From Clostridia bacterium (lineage in GTDB: Bacteria > Bacillota > Clostridia > UBA1381 > UMGS1253), in assembly GCA_045537695.1 (NCBI GenBank), contig JAZSQB010000016.1:3092-67091 (forward strand): a DNA stretch of 64,000 nucleotides, read 5' to 3'. Of this stretch, positions 8,561 through 17,274 are shown in pieces. Under the pieces are notes generated by a model. The model saw only the letters and a program-made list of their open reading frames with translations, searched no databases and was not told the origin of the DNA. Positions within the stretch are counted from its first letter, which is position 1. The number at the start of each line of letters is the position of its first letter. A program made the position numbers and the translations under genes.

Positions 8561-9538
8561 ATGAACAACGTACGTCCTGAAACAATGGAAAGAATTACAA
8601 CCAAAGCACTTGCGGAAGCTTTTATCGAAGAGCAGGTAGCTGAAGTGCGTGCGCAGGTTGGCGATAAAAAAGTATTACTCGCGCTCTCCGGCGGTGTAGA
8701 CTCGTCGGTTGTTGCAGCGCTTTTGATTAAAGCCATCGGCAAACAGCTCGTTTGCGTGCATGTAAACCACGGTTTGATGCGCAAGGGCGAAAGCGAACAG
8801 GTAATTGAAGTATTTGGTAAAGAATTAGATGCAAACCTCATTTATGTCGATGCAACTGACCGTTTCTTAGACCTCTTAGCAGGCGAAGCTGATCCGGAAA
8901 AGAAAAGAAAAATCATCGGCGGAGAATTTATCAAAGTGTTTGATGAAGAGGCCGCAAAGCTGACAGACGTTTCCTTCCTCGCGCAGGGCACAATTTATCC
9001 GGATATTCTGGAAAGCCACGGCGTAAAAGCGCATCACAACGTAGGCGGTCTGCCGGAAGATATGGAAATGGAGCTCGTAGAGCCGATTAAGCTTTTATAC
9101 AAAGACGAAGTTCGCGTTGTCGGCAGCGCACTCGGTTTGCCGGATGAAATGGTATACCGTCAGCCGTTCCCGGGTCCGGGTCTCGGCGTTCGTTGCCTCG
9201 GCGCAATCACACGCGACAGACTTGCAGCACTGCGCGAAGCGGATGCAATCCTGCGCGAAGAGTTTGACAACTGCGGTCTTGCAGGCAAAGTATGGCAGTA
9301 CTTCATCGCCGTGCCGGATTTCACTTCCGTGGGCGTAAAGGATGACAAGCGTTACATGGGCTGGCCGGCAATCATCCGCGCAGTCAACACTGTAGACGCC
9401 ATGAGCGCAACCATCGAAGAAATCCCGTACGAGGTGCTCCACCGCATTACTGACAGAATCACCAAAGAAGTACCGGGCATCAACCGCGTGCTGCTTGATT
9501 TGACACCAAAGCCAATCGGCACGATCGAGTGGGAATGA
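8561..9538 (+). CDS. guaA: GMP synthase ATP-pyrophosphatase/dimerisation subunit (GuaA 'subunit B' type) with no glutamine amidotransferase domain
   Basis: LALSGGVDSSV PP-loop, HHNVGGLP, PFPGPGLGVR, and the canonical C-terminus KPIGTIEWE followed by a TGA stop. At 325 aa it is roughly 190 aa shorter than the fused bacterial enzyme. Confidence 0.85.
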   Translation: MNNVRPETMERITTKALAEAFIEEQVAEVRAQVGDKKVLLALSGGVDSSVVAALLIKAIGKQLVCVHVNHGLMRKGESEQVIEVFGKELDANLIYVDATDRFLDLLAGEADPEKKRKIIGGEFIKVFDEEAAKLTDVSFLAQGTIYPDILESHGVKAHHNVGGLPEDMEMELVEPIKLLYKDEVRVVGSALGLPDEMVYRQPFPGPGLGVRCLGAITRDRLAALREADAILREEFDNCGLAGKVWQYFIAVPDFTSVGVKDDKRYMGWPAIIRAVNTVDAMSATIEEIPYEVLHRITDRITKEVPGINRVLLDLTPKPIGTIEWE

Positions 9539-9566
9539 CGAATTGCGGAGTGAAAACAGCATAACC

Positions 9567-9587
9567 ACGCCGTTTTCGGGCGTTTTC
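9567..9587 (+). terminator. guaA terminator
   Basis: ACGCCgttttcgGGCGT followed by TTTC. Confidence 0.5.
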
Positions 9588-9631
9588 AAATGAAAATGGC
9601 AACGATTTGGCAACATTAAATACTAATAATG

Positions 9632-9668
9632 AAGAGCTAACTGATTTTGATGTCAGTTAGCTCTTTTA
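9632..9668. terminator. Terminator hairpin downstream of the DUF975 gene
   Basis: The 13-bp perfect arms AAGAGCTAACTGA and TCAGTTAGCTCTT form the hairpin, followed by TTT. Confidence 0.7.
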
Positions 9669-10424
9669 TTATAATTCAAATTCATCTTCAGGGTAGAATT
9701 CTGTTCCCGACACTTCGCGATAAAATGCCGCATACGCTGCCTGCTTATATGGTGTCAGCCACAAATGACCGATACCCAAAGCAAGCGTTGCAAGAATATC
9801 CCAACCGATGAAGCTGAACTGCAAACAGAAGAATCTGAAGCGGTTGCCCACCATCATTGATTTTGATTGTGTTATTGCCTCGTCTGCAGTAAGTTCAGGA
9901 TGCTCTGCGAGTATGTAATCTGTCATTGCATAACTAAACCCTGCAACGATGCCCGGAAGGATAAATAAAAGCGACCAAAGGAAAACATAGAACGTACGAA
10001 GGAACCTTGCAAGCGTTGTTGTTTTCCAGTATGCAAAATATGCAAATACGGTTTCAAATGCAGCGTTTTTCTGATCCACAAGGTTAAGATTAAACTTGGC
10101 ATAGCCAATGCCTATAATACTACCCAATACGAAATAGACTACAGCCATAAAGAGTGCTGCAATCATTATAAAGCCAAGGCTTCCTATGATAAATGCACCG
10201 ACACTTGAATTTATGCCATCATTTGTTCCGAGCTGATATATCGTCTGTCCGGCCAAATTGAAATTCATGCTTATATTTGACGCGTCAATGTTTACCTTGA
10301 ATTCGGGACCATTGCCTGCAATTCCACCGAGAATGGAGACAACAAGACCGACTGCAATTGCAATAAGCCATCTGTTTTTTAAAGCATTTCTTGCGATTCT
10401 TCTGAAATCTTCTGCTATTTTCAT
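9669..10424 (-). CDS. DUF975 family integral membrane protein
   Basis: N-terminus MKIAEDFRRIARNALKNRW followed by multiple TM segments; both the size and the N-terminal pattern are typical of DUF975. Confidence 0.6.
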   Translation of the reverse strand: MKIAEDFRRIARNALKNRWLIAIAVGLVVSILGGIAGNGPEFKVNIDASNISMNFNLAGQTIYQLGTNDGINSSVGAFIIGSLGFIMIAALFMAVVYFVLGSIIGIGYAKFNLNLVDQKNAAFETVFAYFAYWKTTTLARFLRTFYVFLWSLLFILPGIVAGFSYAMTDYILAEHPELTADEAITQSKSMMVGNRFRFFCLQFSFIGWDILATLALGIGHLWLTPYKQAAYAAFYREVSGTEFYPEDEFEL

Positions 10425-10519
10425 ATCCGATCTCCTTCCTTTTTCAATTCTCTGTCTATTGTCCGTTTTTACTAATTTTGTTCATAAATTGTATCGTCTT
10501 TTAAAATTCTGAAAATATT

Positions 10520-11260
10520 TTAGAAATTTCTTGCTAAAATGGAGCACGGTTTATCGAGCGTAATTTCTCCGCCGTCGACCGTCGTAACAATACCGCCGGC
10601 CTCGCGCACCAAAAGCGTGCCCGCCGCATAATCCCACGGTGAGAGCTCCAACTCAAAAAACAATTCCGCTCTACCGCAGGCAATGGAGGTAAAATCAATG
10701 ACAGCGGCACCGCTTCTGCGAATATCCAGCGCCTTTTGACAGTAATCGTATGCCATCTCAAAGGACTGCTTTGAAAGCGTCGCATTGTACGGCGAAGTCC
10801 CAAACAGCACAATTCCATTCTCCAAAGGCTGCTTAGAGACAAAAATGCGCTTCCCATTACAAAATGCCCCTTTACCGCGCTGCGCCGTAAATAGCTCATC
10901 CGTATACGGGTTATAAATCACCGCAAGCTGCAGCTCTCCATCCTCTGTCATCGCAACAGAAATCGCACTCATATGGTAATCCTTAATAAAGTTTGTCGTG
11001 CCATCAATCGGATCAACGATAAAGCATTTCCCCTGCTCGCGAAACGCACTTTGCTCTCCTTCTTCGCCAACAAAGCTCGCCTTCGGACAAATATGCAGAA
11101 GCCCGATGCGCAAACGCTCCTGCACCATTCTGTCATACTCGGTCACAAAGTTAGCAATACCAACTTTGCTGTCTATATCCATACCATCTCTGTCTGCTTG
11201 CAACACAATGCAGCCGCACGTCTTTACCAAAGCGCTGATTTTTGAAAGTAACTGTTCCAT
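10520..11260 (-). CDS. Inositol monophosphatase family protein (SuhB-like)
   Basis: FIVDPIDGTTNF, the WDYAAG motif and GEEG are present. Confidence 0.8.
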   Translation of the reverse strand: MEQLLSKISALVKTCGCIVLQADRDGMDIDSKVGIANFVTEYDRMVQERLRIGLLHICPKASFVGEEGEQSAFREQGKCFIVDPIDGTTNFIKDYHMSAISVAMTEDGELQLAVIYNPYTDELFTAQRGKGAFCNGKRIFVSKQPLENGIVLFGTSPYNATLSKQSFEMAYDYCQKALDIRRSGAAVIDFTSIACGRAELFFELELSPWDYAAGTLLVREAGGIVTTVDGGEITLDKPCSILARNF

Positions 11261-11269
11261 AATTCCCTC

Positions 11270-12316
11270 TTATAAATCCAATTTCAAATCGTTTTCTTTA
11301 ATCCAACCGATTTTGCGGCTCAACTGACCGAATATACAACATAAAACAGCCGGCAAAAGAATATGGGTCACCAACATACCAACCCAATGCATCGACGTAA
11401 TGGCAATCCCGTCACTAACCCAACCGGTATACATGCCGATTTGACCGACAAGCCCACAAGTACCCATACCGGAAGAAACCGGCACGCCGTTCATTTCTAA
11501 TTTGAAAATACAGGTCGATACCGGACCCGTAATCGCCGATGTCAGAATCGGCGCAATCCAAATGCACGGATTTTTGACAATGTTTCCCATCTGCAACATA
11601 CTTGTGCCTATACCCTGCGCCAACAAGCCACCCCAGCGGTTTTCCTTAAAACTCATAACGGCAAAGCCAACCATCTGCGCACAGCACCCCGCAAGCGCCG
11701 CACCGCCTGCTAATCCGGTCAAACCAATTGCCGCACAAATTGCCGCACTGGAAATCGGCAAAGTAAGCGCAATACCAACCACGACAGAAATGATAATACC
11801 CATCCAGAATGGCTGTAAAACTGTTGCCCATTCAATAAAATCACCCACTGCCCCAGCTGCTTTGCCAATCGGCGCTGCAATCAGCATTGCAAGCAGTATA
11901 CCAGAGCAAATCGTCACAATCGGCGTCACCAAAATATCCAGTTTTGTTTCCTTGCTGACCATTTTACCAAGCTCAGCCGCCACAATGACAATTACCAAAA
12001 CCGCAAGTGCACCGCCCGCGCCGCCAAGCGCATTGGATGCATAACCAACCGCCGTTAAGGAAAACAAAACAAGTGGCGGACACTTTAAAGCATAGCCAAT
12101 CGCAATCGCCATCGCACTGCCCTGCACGCTTTTTGCATATGTACCGATTTCATCCAACACGGTAATCCCGAATTGTTGACCAACTGTGGACAATATCGTA
12201 CCGATTAAGAGCGAAGCAAACAAGCCCTGTGCCATTGCACTCAGCGCATCAATAAAATATCGCTTCGCAGAAAACTCAATATCTTTTCTTTTTAAAAATG
12301 CTTTAAATTTATTCAT
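11270..12316 (-). CDS. EIIC-like polytopic membrane permease (PTS_EIIC_2-like), candidate NiaR-regulon transporter
   Basis: About 10 TM segments, Gly/Ala rich, with N-terminus MNKFKAFLKRKDIEFSAKRYFIDALSAMAQG. A GGGAGGGAG RBS precedes the ATG at 12314-12316. It is divergent from niaR. Confidence 0.5.
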   Translation of the reverse strand: MNKFKAFLKRKDIEFSAKRYFIDALSAMAQGLFASLLIGTILSTVGQQFGITVLDEIGTYAKSVQGSAMAIAIGYALKCPPLVLFSLTAVGYASNALGGAGGALAVLVIVIVAAELGKMVSKETKLDILVTPIVTICSGILLAMLIAAPIGKAAGAVGDFIEWATVLQPFWMGIIISVVVGIALTLPISSAAICAAIGLTGLAGGAALAGCCAQMVGFAVMSFKENRWGGLLAQGIGTSMLQMGNIVKNPCIWIAPILTSAITGPVSTCIFKLEMNGVPVSSGMGTCGLVGQIGMYTGWVSDGIAITSMHWVGMLVTHILLPAVLCCIFGQLSRKIGWIKENDLKLDL

Positions 12317-12339
12317 CTTTCTCCCTCCCACAATGCACT

Positions 12340-12368
12340 ATTATACGCACTTTTTCTGCACTTGTCAA
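12340..12368 (-). promoter_or_regulatory. Promoter of the EIIC-like permease
   Basis: On the minus strand, TTGACA (12363-12368), a 17-nt spacer, then TATAAT (12340-12345). Confidence 0.65.
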
Positions 12369-12387
12369 CAAAAAGTTTACACAAAAC

Positions 12388-12410
12388 TTTACATATATAA
12401 AATATGTAAA
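12388..12410. promoter_or_regulatory. Perfect 9-bp inverted repeat, candidate NiaR operator
   Basis: TTTACATAT-ATAAA-ATATGTAAA lies between the two divergent promoters and abuts the niaR -35 (TTGAAA at 12415-12420). Confidence 0.4.
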
Positions 12411-12468
12411 CTATTGAAAAAGTACATACAAAATGCTATACTGATAAAAAAGAAATGCGGAGGACATT

Positions 12469-13020
12469 ATGAAAGTAGAAAACAGGCGTCAAAAAATTCT
12501 AAATTTTCTCGCTACAGCCAACGGCGTTACAAGCGCCTCCCTTTTGGCGCAAATCTTCGGTGTCAGCCGACAAATTATTGTAAAAGATATCGCGCAATTA
12601 CGCGCTCAAGGCTATACCATCGCCTCGTTGGCACGCGGCTATGTACTTTCAGAGCGCCCGCTATGTACGCGTGTATTTAAAGTGTTGCACACCGATGAAG
12701 ATGTGGAAAAAGAACTACATTTAATTGTAGATTTAGGCGGTGAGATACAGGATGTATTCATATGCCACAAATTTTATAATCAGCTACGCGCACCAATGCA
12801 CATCAAGACACGTCGCGATGTGGCTCACTTTTTGAAAAATATAGCGGAGGGCAACTCCAGCCTTCTCAAGAACGTAACCGCGGGCTATCACTATCATACC
12901 ATCGTTGCCGACAACGAAACTGCACTCGACGAAATAGAAAGTGCATTGCATGCTGCTGGTTTTTTAGCCCCTCTGCAAGAATTTGAGCCTATAGAGATAT
13001 TGAACAAAAAAGAACGGTAG
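12469..13020 (+). CDS. niaR: Transcription repressor NiaR/YrxA (HTH_11 plus 3H domain)
   Basis: N-terminal HTH RRQKILNFLATANGVTSASLLAQIFGVSRQIIVKDIAQLRAQGYTI, and a C-terminal 3H-type domain with conserved His residues (HTDED, ICHKF, GYHYH). Confidence 0.8.
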   Translation: MKVENRRQKILNFLATANGVTSASLLAQIFGVSRQIIVKDIAQLRAQGYTIASLARGYVLSERPLCTRVFKVLHTDEDVEKELHLIVDLGGEIQDVFICHKFYNQLRAPMHIKTRRDVAHFLKNIAEGNSSLLKNVTAGYHYHTIVADNETALDEIESALHAAGFLAPLQEFEPIEILNKKER

Positions 13021-13045
13021 TTAATTTCAACTACCGTTCTTTCTT
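13011..13045. terminator. Bidirectional terminator between niaR and the SCP2-like gene
   Basis: The arms AGAACGGTAGTT and AACTACCGTTCT form the hairpin, followed by TTCTT. The hairpin overlaps the niaR stop. Confidence 0.6.
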
Positions 13046-13047
13046 AG

Positions 13048-13485
13048 CTATTTTTTCTTTGTTGTCTTTTTGGCAGGTTTCTTTTCTTCTGCCTTTTTCT
13101 CCGTTGTAACCTTTGCTGTATCTTTCTTTTCAGCTTTTTTCTCCGCTTTCTTTGCCACAGGCTTCTTTAAAATTGCCTGCACCGCTGCAACATCCGCCGG
13201 ATTGCCATAAACGGTTACCTTGCCTTCATTGATTGCCTTTTCCAAGCCAATTCTGGATGAAAACACTTTCTTGATTTCCGTCGAAAGACCGATAATTTCC
13301 GATGTCCGGTCTATATAGTCATACGGCTCCACGGAAAAAACACCATCTATATTGGCAATATAAAAAATGCCGCCACAATCTTCATCCGTCATATTTACCT
13401 GCATTGCAAATTGTCCGGAAAGCTCTTTCAAATTCGCATCTGCAAACTTATCTTTAAACTCTTGAAACTTCTTTTCAAAAATCAT
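13048..13485 (-). CDS. SCP2-like domain protein with a Lys/Ala/Glu-rich basic tail
   Basis: The core resembles SCP2 (IFYIANIDGVFSVEPYDYIDRTSEI...GKVTVYGN). The last ~45 aa read KKPVAKKAEKKAEKKDTAKVTTEKKAEEKKPAKKTTKKK. Confidence 0.5.
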   Translation of the reverse strand: MIFEKKFQEFKDKFADANLKELSGQFAMQVNMTDEDCGGIFYIANIDGVFSVEPYDYIDRTSEIIGLSTEIKKVFSSRIGLEKAINEGKVTVYGNPADVAAVQAILKKPVAKKAEKKAEKKDTAKVTTEKKAEEKKPAKKTTKKK

Positions 13486-13533
13486 TTCATTCGCCTCCTT
13501 ATACTATTATTATATATTTTCTTCTGCAATCTG

Positions 13534-14004
13534 TCAATCTGCTTTCAGATGCCTTTTTCCGGCAAATTTTTTCCGCAAACACCAAACAAATCCAATACCC
13601 GTCATAGAACTCAGCGTATCTAAAACCACATCTGTCCAAAGCGGTCCGCGTCCCGGAACAAATGCCTGATGCACTTCATCGCTAACGGCATAGAAAAAGC
13701 AAAAAAGAATTGCCCAAAGCGCCGGTTTTCGCCTCACACTGCTTCGCATAGAGCAAGCAGTGGAAAGACCCAGGCAAGCATATAAAAATGCGTGAGCGCA
13801 CTTGCGTACAAATTTGTGCAGCAGCGCAGATTCCGCATAGCGATGCAAGCCAAGGCACCGCAATACAGACGAAAACCATCCACGCACATTCATACTCAAA
13901 TCGGAAGATGCCGCTTTGCTCTGCGCCGAAAGGAAAAATATAACCAACATAATGCCCACCGTAAGACCCCAGAGCAAAAGCCTTTTTTTCTCAAGCCTTC
14001 TCAT
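13534..14004 (-). CDS. VanZ family membrane protein
   Basis: KCAHAFLYACLGL and SDEVHQAFVPGRGPLWTDVVLD are characteristic VanZ motifs. The start overlaps the upstream gene's stop (ATGA). Confidence 0.75.
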   Translation of the reverse strand: MRRLEKKRLLLWGLTVGIMLVIFFLSAQSKAASSDLSMNVRGWFSSVLRCLGLHRYAESALLHKFVRKCAHAFLYACLGLSTACSMRSSVRRKPALWAILFCFFYAVSDEVHQAFVPGRGPLWTDVVLDTLSSMTGIGFVWCLRKKFAGKRHLKAD

Positions 14005-15596
14005 CGTACATATAGCGAAAGCATACCGTAAATCAGCTTTGCTGCCTCCTGGCGTGTTGCGTGGTTGTTCGGATGGAAATTGCCCAAATTGTCACCCTGA
14101 ATAATGCGCAAAGACACAAGCGCACGCACTGCCGACTGCGCATATTCTGCAATTGTTTGCGCATCATTAAACAAAATCTCCTGCGCATCGCCTTGCTGCG
14201 GCAAGTGCATCTTGACAAGCATTTCATACAAAATTTTGCACATATCCTGGCGTGTAATCGGCTCGCCTACGCCAAAGCGTACAGCACTTACGCCATTCAC
14301 AATACCGTGCTGCTTTGCAGTGGCAACATACGGTGCATACCACGCATCTGCCGCTACATCGGCAAACCCGGATTGCAGCGTTTTGTCCGTTAAACCAAAC
14401 AGCTCTACAACCAACTTGACAAATTCTTCGCGTGTAATCTTCGCTTCCGGATCAAAAATACCCTCTGCCTTACCAGAAATAATGCCGCGATGATACAAAG
14501 ACTCAATATACTGCTTTCCCCAACCGTTTGCATCTGTAAAATACGCCGGCACCGCATGTAGATTATATGTTCCCATCTGCTCCAGACGGCAATACAAATA
14601 ACCGTCTGCATAGGTTGTATACTTCACCGGTATGCCTTCGGCATACAGCATAGCATTTTCCGCATGAACCGGAATCGCAATTTTTATTTGTCCGCCTGGT
14701 GCTTTATCCGGTGCCAAAACGCCGTTTTTATAATATGCAACCTCTATAATGTCGCCGGAAGCTGCATCTGTCTGCAGCACGGTAAAAGCATAGCCATTCC
14801 GTAAATCAGTTGCTTCTTCTTTTTCTGCACCAGGGCCACTTGCAGTTCCCGAACCAGTTTCTACACCCGACATACCATTGGTTGCATAAAGCCCAATCTC
14901 CTTCAATGCACGTTTTAGCGACTGTTTTTCCGCAGATGTAAATTTTTCATTTAAGTCCTTTGCCAGCTTTTCCGGTAGCATTTCTTCCGGCGCATCCGGA
15001 AACGCCTGTATCATACCGGAAAGCAGCGGGCTGATTTTCCCCTGTTTAAAATCAGTGGCATTCGCATCCGTCAAAAGCGCCCCACCGTTGAGCGCCGGTA
15101 AAATACCCACAAAACGCGCCAAAACCGGCACCGTGATTTTATCTTCGCAGCAAAGTTGTTCTAATCCGGGATATGTCTCAAACGCATCCTGCAAAAGCAA
15201 GGACAAGGTTCGTTCCGTTTCTGCAGTCAACGCCATACCTTCTCGCTTCTGAAATCCCTCTAAATACTGACTGCGCAATTTTTCCGGTACTTTACGCATT
15301 TGGGCAACCAAGGTCAGTGCCGTTTCCTGGTCGATCATCCGAAATACCGGATGTAGCAACGTATTATAAAATGAATTTGAGTGCGGATCATAATTTAAAA
15401 TTAAATCCCTTGCCAAATCCAAACCACTGTCTGTCAAAAGCAGTGGTAACGCAATGGAAACTAAATTCTCACGATCCGCTGCTGTGTAGGTAAGTAGACT
15501 ATCTATGGCCGACTGCGCTTTTTTTTCAAAAGCACAACCGCCAACTATACCGAAAGCAAGCACAAAACACAACAAAATACAAATACTTTTCTTCAC
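14001..15596 (-). CDS. SLH-domain cell-wall-anchored lipoprotein
   Basis: Lipobox MKKSICILLCFVLAFGIVGGC and three C-terminal SLH repeats (FTDANGWGKQYIESLYHRGIISG; FADVAADAWYAPYVATAKQHGIVNG; FNDAQTIAEYAQSAVRALVSLRIIQG). Confidence 0.8.
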   Translation of the reverse strand: MKKSICILLCFVLAFGIVGGCAFEKKAQSAIDSLLTYTAADRENLVSIALPLLLTDSGLDLARDLILNYDPHSNSFYNTLLHPVFRMIDQETALTLVAQMRKVPEKLRSQYLEGFQKREGMALTAETERTLSLLLQDAFETYPGLEQLCCEDKITVPVLARFVGILPALNGGALLTDANATDFKQGKISPLLSGMIQAFPDAPEEMLPEKLAKDLNEKFTSAEKQSLKRALKEIGLYATNGMSGVETGSGTASGPGAEKEEATDLRNGYAFTVLQTDAASGDIIEVAYYKNGVLAPDKAPGGQIKIAIPVHAENAMLYAEGIPVKYTTYADGYLYCRLEQMGTYNLHAVPAYFTDANGWGKQYIESLYHRGIISGKAEGIFDPEAKITREEFVKLVVELFGLTDKTLQSGFADVAADAWYAPYVATAKQHGIVNGVSAVRFGVGEPITRQDMCKILYEMLVKMHLPQQGDAQEILFNDAQTIAEYAQSAVRALVSLRIIQGDNLGNFHPNNHATRQEAAKLIYGMLSLYVR

Positions 15597-15626
15597 GCGC
15601 TTTTCCCCTTTCTATTACTCCTGTTG

Positions 15627-15662
15627 AAAAATAGGTTTTGAGCTATGCCCAAAACCTATTTT
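15627..15662 (-). terminator. Terminator downstream of the second SLH gene
   Basis: The arms AAAATAGGTTTTG and CAAAACCTATTTT form the hairpin, with a U-run on the minus strand. Confidence 0.6.
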
Positions 15663-15680
15663 ATTAACAAATATGTTAAA

Positions 15681-17234
15681 TCATTTCAAAATGCCCAATC
15701 TGTAAAGCGTGTTATACAGCATAACCGCAGCTTCCGCTCTGGTAACATCATTTTGCGGACGGAAAGTTTCATCCGGATAGCCGTTGATAATGCCATAATT
15801 TACAAGATTTTCAACATCTGCGATAAACCAATCAGCAATCGTATGATGGTCGTCAAAAGCTGCATCCTTCTTTAAGCCGGCAGTGCCCATAATTCTGGAG
15901 AACAGTGCAGAAATTTCCTCACGTGTCAAAATCTGCTGCGGAGCAAAATGGCCTTCGCCATAACCTTTGTAGACGCCCATCTCTGCAAGCTTATACACTG
16001 CATCTACTGCGTACGGCTGGATTGTATTATGGTCGCTAAACACTGCAGGGTTTTCTGCTTTCTGACCCTCTACGCCAAGCACTCTTGCCAAAATAACTGC
16101 CATTTCCTCACGAGTTACGCCAAAATCCGGCTCGTAATTTGTTGCACTGTGTCCGCGCAGGAAACCTGCTGTTGCAAGAACATCTACATAGTCCTTTGCC
16201 CAGTGGTCTGTCACATCGTCAAAAGTGGTTTTCTGCGCAGGAATTGCGGTTGTCGTGCCATTCACAGTTACGAAACCTGTCTTGCTCGGTGCCGGAATGT
16301 CCGGATACTTATTCGGTGTCGGCGGCGGGAACGTACCTGTGCCCGCGCCTGCGCCAGTTCCGGCACCTGTGCCTGTACCAGTACCTGTACCGGTGCCTGT
16401 ACCGCCTTCGTCCGGATCCGGAACGACAATTGTACCCTGCTGCTTAAGCTTAAACGAATTGATTGATTTTAACGTTTCAGCAAAATCGCGCTTATCAATG
16501 TTGTCATCCGCATTGATAATCTCACAGAAGCGTGCCATAACGTCTTCTGCCGAAGTTACTGTTGTGCCATTGATTTCCTCAAAATCTTCAGACTCAACTA
16601 TCCATTCTTGAAGGTTGTTCTTGAAGGTTGTATTTGTAAAACCATAGAACTTATAGTCATAATTCGGGTCTGCTGGATCTGCAGTAAATACAACCAAATC
16701 GCGAAGGTTATACAACATCTGATAGAATACTGCATCTGTTAAACCATCGGTCACATAAACAGAACCTTCTCCACCAAACAGATAGCTGCAAAGAGCTGCA
16801 TTGCCGGCTGCATAAACTGCTCCCGCATCATAACCTGCAAAGCCCACACGATCATGCCAATTTTCAACGGCAGTTCTTCTTATATCCGTCGGAACACATT
16901 TCAGCATAGTAAGATAAAACTTAAGTGCCTGCTTCTCCGTATCAGAAACACCGTAAGCATCGATGAAGTCACGGATAAGCTCGCTGACTCCACTTTGGTT
17001 ATCCACCAAACCAATTAAGGTATCCATACCGGCATCCGTAGAAACATACACCTCGATGAAATCATAAATAATTTTTCTCTGCTCCTGTGTTTTGCTGTCC
17101 ATAAAGACTTTTACACTGTCCAAAGTGTCTTTGAAACCTGCGTCGGATACAGTCACATTTGCACTTACACCCATGCAACAGCAACTCAGCAACATCAAAA
17201 GGCTTAACATAACGGCAATTATTTTTTTCGTCAT
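15681..17234 (-). CDS. SLH-domain surface protein with a (Gly-Thr/Ala)n linker
   Basis: The true start is probably MTKKIIAVMLSLLMLLSCCCMGVSA (ATG 17232-17234, AAAGGAGA RBS). The ORF-track start at 17453 would overlap the capD-like gene. It carries a GGTGTGTGTGTGTGAGTGAGAGTGT linker and three C-terminal SLH repeats. Confidence 0.8.
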   Translation of the reverse strand: MTKKIIAVMLSLLMLLSCCCMGVSANVTVSDAGFKDTLDSVKVFMDSKTQEQRKIIYDFIEVYVSTDAGMDTLIGLVDNQSGVSELIRDFIDAYGVSDTEKQALKFYLTMLKCVPTDIRRTAVENWHDRVGFAGYDAGAVYAAGNAALCSYLFGGEGSVYVTDGLTDAVFYQMLYNLRDLVVFTADPADPNYDYKFYGFTNTTFKNNLQEWIVESEDFEEINGTTVTSAEDVMARFCEIINADDNIDKRDFAETLKSINSFKLKQQGTIVVPDPDEGGTGTGTGTGTGTGAGTGAGAGTGTFPPPTPNKYPDIPAPSKTGFVTVNGTTTAIPAQKTTFDDVTDHWAKDYVDVLATAGFLRGHSATNYEPDFGVTREEMAVILARVLGVEGQKAENPAVFSDHNTIQPYAVDAVYKLAEMGVYKGYGEGHFAPQQILTREEISALFSRIMGTAGLKKDAAFDDHHTIADWFIADVENLVNYGIINGYPDETFRPQNDVTRAEAAVMLYNTLYRLGILK

Positions 17235-17274
17235 ATTCCCATCTCCTTTAAATATATATGTTTTTAATAATATT

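Noticed and set aside
16320-16405. Short periodic DNA repeats considered as a possible CRISPR array (also 19383-19414 and 57886-57939)
   Set aside because: The units are 6-27 bp, contiguous with no spacers, and lie inside coding sequence or a promoter. No cas genes are present. They are not CRISPR.
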